64,000 nt of DNA from Octopus sinensis (taxonomy: Eukaryota), in contig NC_042999.1 in the NCBI RefSeq assembly GCF_006345805.1, forward strand, positions 141,050,001 through 141,114,000, in the 5' to 3' direction. Below, one piece after another: positions 38,573 through 51,562 of this stretch (its first letter is position 1; every line of letters starts with the position of its first letter). The notes under the pieces are model-generated. The model did no database searches. It worked only from the letters and a program-made list of their open reading frames with translations, and was not told the DNA's origin. A program made the translations under genes and the position numbers.

Positions 38573-39863
38573 CGAGGGGCGTTCAATAAGTAATGCCCCT
38601 GACTCACTTGCAGTTGTTTGATCTAGCTGAAATTTTGCATGTACAATTATTTATATCTCTATAGATTAAGTGGCAAATTATAGCTCTGAACTAATTGTAG
38701 TTTCTTATTTACAAGTGTTTGAACTGAGTCAAGTGTGAAATGGAGCATGTTGAGTGTCGAGCAGTGATCTGGTTTTTGTATTTGAAAGGACGCACACCAC
38801 GGGAGACTTTTGATGAAATGAAAGTAACTTATGGTGATGATGCCCCATCATATGACCTTGTAAAACGCTGGCATCGTGAATTCAAACATGGTCGGAACTC
38901 TGTGGAAACAGCTCCCAGATCTGGTCACCCCCTTCTGCCATTGATGAGGCATCTGTCCGTCAAGTTGAGGCTGCCATTTTGGAAGATCAACGCATAACTA
39001 TTCGCCAAATAGCCCATGAGGTCAAGATTAGTACCGGGTCTGTGGAAACTATCATTCATGACCATTTGCATATGCAAAAGGTGTCTGCCAGATGGATTCC
39101 CAGGTTGCTCACACCTTTCCAGAAGCAAGAACGCGTCGATTGCTCGAGGATGAATTTGGAGATGTGCCAAGAAGATGAGTCAAAATTTTTCAAAAGACTG
39201 ATTACACAGGATGAAACCTGGGTCCATCACTATGATCCAGAGACCAAAGCCCAGTCAATGCAGTGGAAGCACCGTGACTCACCTCCTCCAAAGAAGGCAA
39301 GGGTGCTGCCCTCCGCTGGCAAGGTTATGCTCACAGTCTTCTGGGACCAGGACGGAGTAGTGATGACAGATTTCCTGGGAAAGGGTGCCACAATTACAGG
39401 AGTCTTTTATGCTTCACTTTTGAGGAAATTAAGAGAAGCTATCAAAATCAAGAGGCGGGGCAAGATCAGCAAAGGCATCCTCCTCCTGCAGGACAACGCT
39501 CCGATTCACAACTCGCGTGTCGCCAGATCAGAAGCACAGGCGTGCGGCTATGAACACATTCCCCATCCCCTTACTCCCCTGACCTTGCACCCTCTGATTT
39601 TCACCTCTTCCCAGCCATGAAGTTGTTTTTGAAAGGAAAGCGTTTCCCAGATGATGCAGCCTTGATTTCTGAAGTCACGTCGTGGTTGGAGGACTAAGCT
39701 GGGGTCTTCTACAAAAAGGGTCTTCAGAGCTCCATCAAACGATGGAAGAAATGCGTAACTCTGGATGGTTCCTATGTACAAAAAGACTAATAACTGTCCC
39801 AAGTTTCGTTGCTCTACTGCTATGGGAAGTGGGTCAGGGGCATTACTTATTGAACGCCCCTCG
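38573..39863 (+). mobile_element. Full-length mariner transposon (DD34D, irritans-like)
   Basis: Perfect 31-bp TIRs cgaggggcgttcaataagtaatgcccctgac (38573-38603 and 39833-39863); TA duplication at 38571-38572 and 39864-39865; 1291 bp. Confidence 0.98.
38740..39790 (+). pseudogene. Mariner transposase with two -1 frameshifts and one internal stop
   Basis: HTH N-terminus, WIPRLL, ITQDETW, SAGKVMLTVFWD, QDNAPIH, YSPDLAPSDFHLF (after frameshift). Restoring one C at 38928-38932 and one at 39567-39570 gives a 350-codon frame with D34D spacing; TAA at 39695-39697. Confidence 0.96.
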
Positions 39864-40977
39864 TAGATGATATTTGCCCAAGGCATCATGCAGTGGAACT
39901 GAACCCAAAACCATGTGGTCTGGAAGCAAAATTCTTAGTCACAGACATGCCTGTGTCTCTGTAAGTAAATATTTAATGTTACCTCACTTCAAAATAAATG
40001 TTAATTATATACACACACCCACACACCCACCACCACATTAGAATGTGTGCTTGGGTCACACATTAGTTTTGTTTACTGTGATGGACTGACAGTGCATGTC
40101 TGTACTGAGAGCTAGGAAATTTGGCTGTTAAGAGTTAAGTGCTTTGGATTCAGATATGATACATTAACAATGCCAACATATGAACCACTGACTTTTTTGG
40201 CTAGAACTCTGCTATCATATCAATTCAGCCATTCACACTCTCCATTGTAATCAAATCTATATTTATATTTTTCTATATAAATATACTTATCTACATACCA
40301 ACCACCAATCTTGTATTAAGATGAATTAGCCAAGAAAATACTGATCTACTTTTTATCTTATTTACCTATAAATTAGAAGATAGAAGATGGAGATGGTTGG
40401 TGTGAAAGAAAAAAAGAAAAAGAAAAGAAAGGATATATGATAAAGATAATGATTTTAGCATTGTAATTATTATTATATAAGTTCACTCCTCAGAGAGCTT
40501 TTATTTTGAATGACCTTTCTGCTGGGAGCTTCTAGTATAGACATTTTATATTGATAATGGTATTTGCTTTCAACTGAACTGAAGAATTAATGTGGCACAT
40601 TCAAAGGGTTCTTAATCCTTATTATTTATAAACAATCATTACACTTATTTGTTTTCAAAGAGTCCCAGTAGTAATACTTCATTGAATTATTTGGCAAACA
40701 CTGTAGAACTAGATGTTAAATTGCTGAAGGTGAAGCTTGTAAACTGGTTTCATTTTCTAATTAGATTCAATTCAGTTTACTTCTGTTGATAATGACCTAC
40801 AGAATGACAAATATATTAAACAATCTCAATTCCCTGCTGAGTTAAAATTTTTGACTTTTCCCCCCTTTATAAGGTTCCAGTGAGTTTTAATTTCTTGATT
40901 TGACTCATGAGTTTGAGTTTAGCCATGTCAATTCACTTTTGTTTTTAGAAAATTATCAATATTATGCAATCATAGAT

Positions 40978-41124
40978 TCAGGCATGGTCATGTAGTTAAG
41001 AAGTTTATTTACCATGTGGATTTTTCAAGCTTGATCTCATTGCACTGCACCTTAAACAAAACTTTAAACAAATGTCTTTACTTGCCTTAGATTGATGAAT
41101 GGCTTGTGAGTAGAATTTGGGGAG
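40978..41124 (+). mobile_element. Degenerate family A SINE 5' part, interrupted by the CR1 fragment
   Basis: caggcatggtcatgtagttaagaag...ggcttgtgagtagaatttgg; the SINE's (TG)n appears to resume after 41602. Confidence 0.55.
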
Positions 41125-41125
41125 A

Positions 41126-41602
41126 TAGTTAGTTAGTTAGTTAGTTAGTTAATTTGGCTCAAAAGCAAATAGCAAGGCCATGTAGGGGGACATGGAGTTA
41201 AGTACAGGGTGGTGTTCATGTAAAGAGTTCAGGCCACTTGAGGTCAAGGGAGGCTTTGAACAAAGCGGTCGTCGGCATCTTCACCATCTCGTCTGGCAGC
41301 TTGTTCCACGGATCCGCAACCCGGACGGAGAAAGCTCCTCTCCTTCGATTGAGATGAAATCGTCGCAGGTAGAGCTTTTCGGAATGACAACACAGCCGAC
41401 ACTCTGGAGCAGGAGTGAAGAACAGCTCTTTCGAGAGGTTACACTTTCCGCTTATGATGTTGTGGGCGAGAATGAGATCACCACGGCGGCGGCGTTTTTC
41501 AAGAGAATAAAGGTCGAGCGTCCTCAGCCTTTCTTCGTAGGACAAATTTTTGAGACCATGAACCATGCGGGTAGCCAGCTTCTGGACTCTTTCGAGATGC
41601 TG
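41126..41602 (-). mobile_element. CR1-clade LINE 3' end (5'-truncated) with (TAAC)n tail
   Basis: Open frame LERVQKLATRMVHGLKNLSYEERLRTLDLYSLEKRRRRGDLI...FSVRVADPWNKLP...FKASLD (ORF 41216-41677); short 3' UTR; (tagt)n at 41126-41151 on plus. Confidence 0.92.
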
Positions 41603-41697
41603 TATGTGTGTGTGTGTGTGCCTGTGTATTTGGTGTAAAATGGTACATTTCTTTATGCCAGAAGGTAACTTAATCATTCAATAAATAGAGACTGATA

Positions 41698-41737
<40 letters not shown>

Positions 41738-41740
<3 letters not shown>

Positions 41741-44243
41741 GCATAGCTCAGCTTAAGTTGTCCTTGATTATACGTCGGTTTTCAAAGATGATATATGGAA
41801 AAATAAAAATAAGTTAAGTCATTTTACTTGACTTTATGTCTGCCCGCCACAAATATTGGAATCGTAAAATCACTAGAAAACCATTAAAAGCATATAAAAT
41901 CATGTTACTGTATAGTAAATAAGAATAAAAACATATAAAATCATATTACAATATGTACAATAAACGTTAAGATACACACCATAAAGTAGTGTAGTTTAGT
42001 GAACGAATCAGTAAAATCAGCTGTGTTGTCTTTTGGACCTTGTATTGCACTGTTGTTCCAATATTTACCGTTAGGCATTGTTGTCACTTGTGATTCCTGC
42101 GATTGTTTTGAATTCAGATTTGTTTACGTCTGTTTATTGGCTACTTTCTCATTCTCATTCATTTGTGACTTTATATTTTGCCCCCATGGCTCCTAAGAAA
42201 ATTTATAGTGAAAGTGCTAAGCGTCATGCTATAATGCTGGAAGATAAACTGACCATGATAAAATACCATGAATAAGGTGAAAAAGTGGTAGCAATTGCAT
42301 GATCTTTTGGAATGAGTTGGACAACAACTGTATCTACGATTGTACATAATAAAGACAAGATTTTAGCACATATCAAATCTGAAGCCCCAAGGATGAAGAA
42401 CACTGTCATCAATAAGAAAAGAGGCAAAATCTTTAAAGAAATAGAAAGTCTTCTTTGTTTTGGGGTTGTTAGGTTGAATCATCAGCGTGCTACTATTAGT
42501 CAAGAAATCATTCAAAAGAAAGTGTTGTCTTTGATTGAGGACCTGAAGAAAAAATATCCCGTTGAGAGAGATGTAGAGTTCAAGGCAAGTCAAGCATGGT
42601 TCATGAGATTTAAGGAGTAAAGAAGTTGTCACTTCATTTAAAAGCAAGGTGAAAGTGCATCAGCTGACGAACAAGCAACATCAGAATTTCCTAATGCATT
42701 AAAGAAAATCATCGAAGAAAATGCTTTCTTCCTGAACAGATTTTTAACAGAGATGAAACTGGATTGTATTGGAAAAATTGCCAGACCATTCCTTTATTTC
42801 TAAGGAGAAGAAAAGTATTCCAAACTACAAGGTCTCAAAAGAACGGGTGACCATTATGCTGGGAAGTAATTGTGTAGGAGATTTTAAGTTAAAGCCATTG
42901 CTTGTGTATCATGCACACAACCCTCATACCCTGAAGAACATACCCAAGGCATCTCTCCCTGTTATATGGATGGCTAATTCAAAAGCATGGGTTACTGTTG
43001 TTGTTTTTGAAGATTGGTTCTTCAATCATTTTATCTCAGCAGTAGAGAAGTACCATAAGGTGAAGGGGATTCTTTATCTTAGATAATGCTCCTGGCCACC
43101 CACAAAACATCATAAATTTTAACCCCAACGTTACCATCGTATACCTCTCTCTGAACATCATGTCTCTTCTGTAGCCAATGGATCAGGGAATAATTACTTC
43201 TAGCATTACTAAATGAAGTGTACGCTGTGGCAAGCAATAACTGCAACTGATCTTGATGAGTCTACCACACTTCATGACTTTTAGAAGAGATACAATATCT
43301 GCAAGGCTGTACAGAACATAGCAGCTGCATGGAATGATGTACAGATCATGTCTATGAATGGTGTATGGAAGAAGCTATGCCCGTAATTCATGAAGGATTT
43401 TAAGGGATTTGATAATGTTGCCATCAACAAAATGTTGGTGACTATGAGCAAAGAACTGGAAATATATTTAGAGTAGGAGGATTTCACAGAGGATTTGACA
43501 GAGTTTCATGAGCAGCAAAATAAAGAAGATGAGGAAGTCGAACCTGAGCCATGTCACTTTATCATTAAGAAAATGCAGCAAGCATTTACATATATCAAAA
43601 AAGGTCTTTCTATGTTTGAGGATATGGATCCAATTGCTCAACACTTTTCCAAGATTATGGGTGCTTGTCATGAAGCTTTTGCTCCTTATAATGTAATCCT
43701 TGAGGAAAAGAAGACAGTTCAAGGAACTCTCAACTGGTTTTTTAAGCCAGAGTCAGCTGTTGATGTTGACAATCTACAGCCATCTACATATGTGATGTAA
43801 ACCACCAAATTGTATGTATGTAATCGCAAATTTAAAATAATTCAGTTTTTTTACTATTGCAAAATAATAATAATTACTGAATTTGTTTCTTGTGCTTAAA
43901 AAAGGCTTTTATTTTACCATATCTTATTGCAAACCAAATTCATGAATAAAGTGTCCGCAATGTACAATAAACACCGCCAAATTGTATTCATAAACTTAGA
44001 TTACTATTTTTTTACTGTACTGTATTAAAAAATAAAAATTATTTGTTTGCAAGCTTAAAATAGGTTTTTATTAACCATGTCTTATCGAAAATGCATTCAT
44101 AAATAAAGTACAGAACTGGGAATGGTTATTATCAGTTTAGCCTAGAGACAAGTAATTCGGCCTAGCCTAGCCTAGAAACAAGTTAATTCAACTTAAGTCA
44201 TGTCTCCTAGAACCAATTAATGATGTAGGATGAGGTATGCCTG
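41738..44243 (+). mobile_element. Full-length Tigger/pogo-family DNA transposon, decayed
   Basis: Right end reverse complement caggcatacctcatccta (Tigger-type CAGGCATACCTC) versus left end catgcatagctcagctta, 14/18 match; both ends sit in (TA)n; about 2.5 kb. Confidence 0.85.
42186..43800 (+). pseudogene. Tigger/pogo (CENP-B-like HTH plus DDE_1) transposase pseudogene
   Basis: MAPKK..., EFKASQAWFMRFK, EQIFNRDETGLYWK, KERVTIMLGSNCVGDFKLKPLLVYH, NSKAWVT, DNAPGHP, PMDQGII; many stops and frameshifts. Confidence 0.92.
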
Positions 44244-44298
44244 TATATATATATATATATATAATATATGTATGTCTGTCTGTATGTATGTATATATG

Positions 44299-44343
<45 letters not shown>

Positions 44344-46937
44344 AGTTGATTTGCCAAAACTCTTGAAGGCAGTGCATCATGAAACCAGAAAAATAGTAAA
44401 TCTACTTTCTTGTCCCATATAAATTTGCTTTTGAATGAAACTAGTATTGTGCTCAAGTAAACTAATAATACACATCATATACTATTATATACTTTTTCTC
44501 TATATTATATATTTTTATATATTTTTGTTCTACGTTTCATTAAGAAGATGATTATATATAAAATCTGAGAATTTGGGTTTAAAGCTCCTGTATTTCTTTA
44601 TTTAATTTTTATACAGGACAATGAGATGGTGAAAATAAACATTGGTTAAGAATCATATATCAAGTGTAGTAGTTTTACTAGTGGGTATGGGTTCAAACCC
44701 CTGCAAACAATTTGTACTTTTGTCCAAGTAGAATATCCTTGAGATGGATAATAGAATGAGAACTATCTACAACCATTAATTTAAGAAAGGTAGATGAGGC
44801 AATTAGTATTAGTGTATAATAATATGCATATGCATACTGACATGACTAAAAATGCAAAGCAGTGCCCCAGCAAGGCTGCAGTCTAATGACTGAAACAAGT
44901 AAAAGAAAAGATATATGTACATGTATAATAGAATAAAAGGATAGAGAGGCAAATCACAGATATCAAATCAGATAATGAAATATTTATGTAACATAGAGAA
45001 AAACAAAATTTCATAAAGGAGTATAAATAGCAGGAAGTCAGTAAAAGTTCCACTATGGGAAGTTCGTAATAGCTGTAATGTAAACAGGACTCTGAGAGGG
45101 GATAGAAGGTAAGTCTGGAGTAGAGATATAACATAGTATGGTAGGTAGATAAAGATATCACAGGTAAAAACCTTGAAAGTGAAAGAAAAGAGGTGTTTAG
45201 AGTCTCTCTTACAGCTGTTTCAAGAATAGCTGCATAATTGGTGCAGTTCTCTGCATGTTGCCTGCATCCAAAATTTCTTGGGCAGCCTATTCAATCCACG
45301 GAGAAGAAACAACACACACATACACAATTCATCCACTGTCTCTCTCTATATATAGTGTGTATGTGTGTGTATGTGTGTGTGTGTATGTGTGTGTGTGCAT
45401 GTATTTGCAGATATGCATATGTATGCAACAAGTTGTACACACACATACACACCGACCTATGCACATATAAGCACACATATTTTTTCATTTAAATTACTTT
45501 ATTTAAAAGATTTGTATTCTGTATTCAGTGTATTGCAGTTTACTACTGTATATTCATTCCTTGTGAATATTTCAAGTGTTACTTCATCATAAATTATAAT
45601 AATCCACTTTTACAACACTTCACAGTAGATCTCTATGACTCATTGTTATTATTTATATCTATGAAGAGAAAACAAAATCTTCGCTAATTTTTATTTTATT
45701 TTTTTTCCTGATAAAGAATACAATTGACTTTTTCTTTTCTTTTTTTAATTTTCACTTTACTTGTTGTGTCTTAATAAAAATAACTTTCTCTGATGCTGGT
45801 CTTTCAACTTTGTGGTTGTTGTTATTATTAATATTGTTGCTACTGTTATTGTTGTATCCATTTAATGGCTTGATTAATATAGCATATTTTCTAAATTGAG
45901 TCATCTCTGATGTTCTTTGACTGCCCTTAAAAGAACATGAGAATGTTAAAACTGTCTTGTGTTTACAGATTTCTCAATGTTATCTTTCAACTTCATTATT
46001 CATAGCTTTTAATTTATCCTATGTAATTTTTACGCAATTTTTTTCTTTGTTTCTTGTGTGTGTAGAATTTTCATTGAAAGAAGATTAACAAACAATTTTT
46101 GATTTCTTTTCAAAATGATATTTATATTTTATAAATATTTGATTTTTGTTCTTTGTTATTCCTTCATTGAAATCAAGCTGGGATGAAGAGGTAACATTTT
46201 TTTAATGATACTACTTCACAACAAATATTTCTACCTGTAATCTTGATAATTCTTTAATTTGATTGTTTCTTGGTAATTTTACATTCTTAGTTTATTTTTA
46301 ATATTTTACTTTTTCAATTTTTTCCCTTTGTATTTTCAACCACTGTCTGATGCTTCTTCTATTCATTTACATCAAGCCCCCTTTGGCACAGTAATGATAG
46401 AATTAAACACTGGAACAGTGAGAGTGTTTTTATAATGAGCCTTGGTAACTGTATACTAATGAAAAACTTGTTCATTATACAGTGCTAAAAGGCAACAAAG
46501 ATGGTAGAAAAAAGCAGCAGAATCTCAAATTAAATACATTACAATAATTAATTTTATACAAGCAGGTTACAAATATTGTGTTGTTTTTTTGATTTTGGTT
46601 ACAGCATTTTTTTTTTGTTTCTCTAGTTTGTCACTTCAAAATTGCCTTTAAGTATTGTGTAAAAATGAGTACCATGAATAAACAGTACAATTCAATTGAC
46701 AACTCTATCTTGATCTTTCAGCTGTACCTTTTTTCTAACAGATCTATACTAGAAATTTTTGAAAGTTGTTACAAGACTTTTTAACCAGATAAGAATAAAT
46801 AATAATGGTAATAATTATAATTATAATAATATTCCACAATACTTAATATCTAAATATCAAGTCTTATAAATCATGGAAAGAGATCCTGTGAGACCTTTGA
46901 CAAGTTGTTGTCTGCTCTCACAGAATTAACCAAATTC

Positions 46938-47152
46938 TGGTTTTAAATTTTGGCACAAAGCCAACAATTTTATGGGGAGGGGTAAATTGATTACATCGAC
47001 CCCAGTGCATTACTGGTACTTATTTTACCGACATCTAAAGGATGAAAGGCAAAGTTGACCTCAGCGTAATTTGAACTCAGAATGTAAAGATGGGCGAAAT
47101 GCCACTTAGCATTTTGCCTTGCATGCTAACAGGTCTCCCAGCTGACTACCTT
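46938..47152 (-). mobile_element. Family C tRNA-derived SINE with (ATT)n tail
   Basis: gtaaattgattacatcgaccccagtg...ggatgaaaggcaaagttgacctcagcgtaatttgaactcag...gcatgctaac; the minus head has a B-box-like GAGTTCAAATT. Confidence 0.85.
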
Positions 47153-47169
47153 AATAATAATAATAATAA

Positions 47170-47474
47170 TAATGATGGACTCTCCTGTCAAAAATGACAT
47201 ATGAGTGTTCAGCTTTTGCCAAACAACCTGCACAAATGATTTGTTGATAGTGATCAAATGCTCGTGCTACACATTAGCTCACTCTCTCCATCAAATCGAT
47301 GTTGTCTGAACTGGTGCACTGTGTACCACATGTCAGGTGTCAAAGTAATCACAGAGCAATGTGAAATGAAGTGTTTTGCTCAAGAACACAACACACCACC
47401 AGGTCTAGAAATTGAAATCATGATTGCTAGATCATGAGTACAGCACCCTAACCACTAGGCCATGTGCCCTCACA
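47170..47474 (-). mobile_element. Family E SINE (family D-like tRNA head, CORE-like domain)
   Basis: Minus head gtgagggcacatggcctagtggttagggtg..., then gtgttcttgagcaaaacacttcatttcacattgctc; tail in (ATT)n. Confidence 0.7.
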
Positions 47475-47559
47475 ATAATAATTATAATATATTATGATAT
47501 TAGAAATATATCAACAAAACCATCACTTACTTTACCATATGCTTAACACCCAGACACAA

Positions 47560-48560
47560 CTAACAGTGACTGTACATCCCCAGAACAGAGGGTTGTAGAG
47601 TTTTAATAAGTGGCAGAGAGCAATATTTGAAGGCAATCATTAATGGCATGCATACCATTCTCCTAAGAAAGCCTGCTACATGCTTTTCTTGATTATAATA
47701 AGAAAAGAAGTAAGTAACAAATCACTTATCCTTGCAACAACAAAATTCTCACAAGTGAGTTAGATATTAAATAGCTAAGGTTTAGAAATGCAAAAAGATT
47801 TATTGATTGTGCATAAGTCAAACATGGGGAAAAACTATCAAGGCTTGTCCTTGCATGGCCAATATTTTAGTGAACTGGATTCCCTTGTATATAAGTGAAA
47901 AGAAAGAAAACAATCATTTCCGGCCTGGATGCACTAATTAGGCTTGAACTTGGCAGTGGAAGCAACAATAGGATTTGAGAAACAGACAATCACTGCTGGA
48001 TATATTGAAAGGAATATTCACAACTCCTACAAGACAAGAAATGTTGTCTATGCAGTGCTTTTCCTGAGACAATACACAGTGCACAACACTGTATCAAAAT
48101 GTCCCACTATCTCTGTAAAAAAAACATAACAGTGCTAGCCATCAAATTTCAGTTGCTGCAAGAACTCTCTAGTACCCATATGAACTGTCACCTATCTTAG
48201 GAAATGAGAATGTGAAAATACTATGGAACTTTAGCATACATACAGACCACCTGATAGCATATTTATGTCTGACATCAGTTTCTGTGATAAAATGACAATA
48301 GTATACTAATTATTGAAAAAGCTATATCAAATCACTATAATATTATGTAGAACAAAGTTGCAAAGCTAAGAAATTACACTGACTTAGCTGTTCAACTAAA
48401 AACATTATGGAATTCAGGAATCTGTCAATCATTCCATTTGTAATTGGCACAACTGGAATGATACACAACCATTTCTGTAAGAACATTGACAAACTACCAA
48501 TAAGGATAAACATAGATACACTGCAAAAAATAGCTTTGCTAAAATCTTGTTAGGGTATTG
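47560..48560 (+). mobile_element. R4/Dong-type non-LTR retrotransposon C-terminal remnant (CCHC plus restriction-like endonuclease)
   Basis: LHGQYF; EQTITAGYI; DKKCCLCSAFPETIH (zinc knuckle); ENVKILWNFSIHTDH..PDI; KLRNYTDLAVQLKTLW; IIPFVIGTTG; LQKIALL. Confidence 0.8.
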
Positions 48561-48774
48561 TTACTCAGCATTTATTAACTTTGAACATTCTTGTTAACCT
48601 TCAATATCTTTGTACATATTTTCTGATGTCAGTATGGAAGCCAGCTGTTAAATAAAGATTTTTGCTAACCTTGAACACTTCTATGCAGATTCTCTAAAAT
48701 GCATCTAGTTCTAATTCCAAGAAAAATATGCTTCCCAAAATATAAATTAATATGAAGCTGATAATAATAATAAT

Positions 48775-49232
48775 TTCAAATTTTGACTGAATGAATGCCA
48801 GTAATTTCAGAGAGGGATGGTTACTTGATTGGTACCTATTCTATTGACCCTTGAAAGATGAAAAGCAAAGTCAACTTTGATGGAATTTAACTCAGAGCAT
48901 AAATAACTGGAAGAAGCACTGCTAAGCATTTTGTCCAGGTGCTAACATTTCTGCCAACTCACCATCTTAATGATAATAATAATAATGATGATGATGATGA
49001 TAATAAGGATAATGATTTTTTAAACTATAGGTACAAGGTCTGAAATTTTGGGGGAGGGAGCTAGTCAATTACATCAAACCCAATGCTCAACTTGTACTTA
49101 TCTCATCAACCCTGAAAGAAGGAAAGGCAAAGTCAACTTCAATGGAACTTGAACTCAAAATGTAATGCCATAAGAAATGCCACTAAGCATTTTGTCCAGT
49201 ATGCTAACAATTCTGCTAGCTCACCGTCACCA
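48775..49232 (-). mobile_element. Two tandem family C SINEs separated by (AAT/GAT)n
   Basis: Copies at ~48775-48968 and ~49015-49232, each with aaggcaaagtcaact...gaactca...ctaagcattttgtccag...gctaac. Confidence 0.82.
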
Positions 49233-50919
49233 TAATAATAATGATTTTAGCCCAGGACTAGCATTTTAAAGGGGAAGCAGAATGGCCAATGCCTTCAACC
49301 TGAATTATAAGAATAACAATAAATTAATAATATATCAATTCAGACTCTCAAAAGTGTGTTATTTTCTTTTCCTTTATTTTTAATATAGTCAGGCAATTTT
49401 GTTTCTAAACATTTTTTTTTTTCTGTTTCTTATTGTAGGCACATGTTTGCACAGATTGTAATAAACCTTGCATAACAAACTCTTAGATTCTTCAAAACTA
49501 GTGGTTTTATTCCCAAACTTCTTCTGCACTGTTGCTATAGTCACTGATTCTGTGTTTACACATCTCTAGTCACTGGCATCATCAGATGGATGAGGAAAGG
49601 TCTATGCATCATTTTTTATGTACTGTTACCATATGCTTTTTGTTTATAGAAAGCATTTTCTCTGCTTTATTTTGGCCATATGTTATTACTTGCTGATTTG
49701 CTGAAAGCAGCTTATTAATTGCTATGAAGCTTAGATAATGTGTATGTGAGTATGGGTATGTGCGTGTGTATATATATATATATATATACACATACACAAT
49801 AATTATAATAAAGTAGTTATAGTATATCTATTTTGGCTTCAGATTCTACCTTTTATTTTTTCTGTGACAATTATTTAGCTTTAAATAGTAGTTTCACTCT
49901 AAATATAGTGTTAATCAACATAATGTTAGTTATATATTATATTGATTTAAGAAACAAATATTGAGATTTTGCCTCAATAAATAATATGATCAGCTCCTGA
50001 TAGATTGTTCATCTTTGTTCAACCCAAACTATATTGCCTTTCCATCTTGAGTATTACATAATCAGCATACAATGCTATATTCCTTTACTAGTTTTTGTTT
50101 GTTGAGAGCAGCTTGCATTTAAAATAAATTGAACAGGTTACAAATAACACTTTCAGGAGCTTATTCCATTACTCTGGTGCTGCAGATGTAGTATCAACAG
50201 CAGCTACACATTGATAAAGTCAGCGGAGAGAAGAAAAAAAAGAACAACTTGTCACTAAGCATTGTGAGGAATTGTATTTAGCATTAATGAAAATAATAGC
50301 CATGTCATTGCATAAGAATTATCTGAATCTAGCAAATTCCAGTATTACTATTTGCCAATGACCATGGCAGGTGAGTGGCAGGAGAAGGAGAATGTTGGAG
50401 ACTTGGCAAGTAGAATTTGCAAACTCTGGTTTCGATTACTGAATAGGACAGTTTTTCTTATCCCCAGGGAAGTGATTAATACTACAAAATTCCTTATCTT
50501 TTTCTTCTGAAATAACTCTACATACTTAAAAAATAGTTGCTTACTAATGTTTAGGGACATATACTTAGTATAGATATGTCAGTTGAAGTTTGTTTCAAAT
50601 TTTGGCTGACACAGTTTCATTTACTTCAATAATAGAATATTATTTGTACCCAATATTGTATGTCTAAAATCGTTATAAAAGAATGCAGATAGCAAAACCA
50701 GTAGGGTACCAGGCAATCAGATGAGTTGTAAAGATAGTTGTCACAGTACTACATTGTCTGAGAATGAGACCCTTGTCTGGCCCAAACTACCCACCTATAA
50801 ATAAGTACTGTAGAATGGTTTAATGCACTGCTATAAGATGAGCTGAGGAAATGGTGTTTTGTTGGCTTGCTGTGCTGAGCTTAATTCCTCCATCACCCCC
50901 AGTATAATGGTGTGTTATC

Positions 50920-51270
50920 TTTTACTTGTTCCAGTCATTGGGCTGAGCTATGCTGGGGACTTATTTAAAATCAATCCTAGTATATTTTATTCAAACTAGT
51001 CAACCCTAATGTTTATTGTTTAGTGTGATATTTATTGTATTACTCTCTTTTGCCAAACTGTTAAATTATGGGAGTGTAAACAAACTAACATTGTCAAGTG
51101 ATTGGAAAGGAGACAAACACAGACACACACTTGCAGACACATGTAAACAACAGGCTTCCACACAGTTTCTGTCTACTAAATTCACTCACAAGGCCTTGAA
51201 TGGCCCAGAGCATTTGCCAATAATACTGTGCAGTGGATCTGGACCTAAAACCATGTGTTGGCATAAGCCT
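50920..51270 (-). mobile_element. Family A SINE, degenerate
   Basis: cttttacttgttccagtcatt...ctaaattcactcacaaggcc...ctaaaaccatgtg. Confidence 0.75.
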
Positions 51271-51500
51271 TTTGGATGTTGTGAAAAGGTCTCTGTTAAC
51301 ACTGAATAAAGCTGCATATGGCTTGCTTTTTATCATAAAATATTAATTCAAGGTTCATCTCCTGTCACAATCACTGTATAGTCAATGAAAACACTAAGCT
51401 CACAACTATTGTGCAATTGCAATACCAAGGTGAGGAGATACAAACATGCATACAAATTCATGCACGCACATACACACATGCATATATATATATATATTAT

Positions 51501-51546
<46 letters not shown>

Positions 51547-51562
51547 CACACACACATGCACA

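Larger units (their letters stand above)
38505..39955 (-). mobile_element. Family A SINE interrupted by the mariner insertion
   Basis: Left part aaatccacttacaaggttttggtcagttcaaagctgtagTA and right part TAgatgatatttgcccaagg...gaactgaacccaaaaccatgtgg rejoin to the family A motif gctatagTAgaagacacttgcccaagg. Confidence 0.88.

Noticed and set aside
47560-49232. R4/Dong element as the mobiliser of family C SINEs
   Set aside because: No shared 3' tail is visible, and the family C sense tail is (ATT)n rather than (TAA)n; adjacency alone is insufficient.
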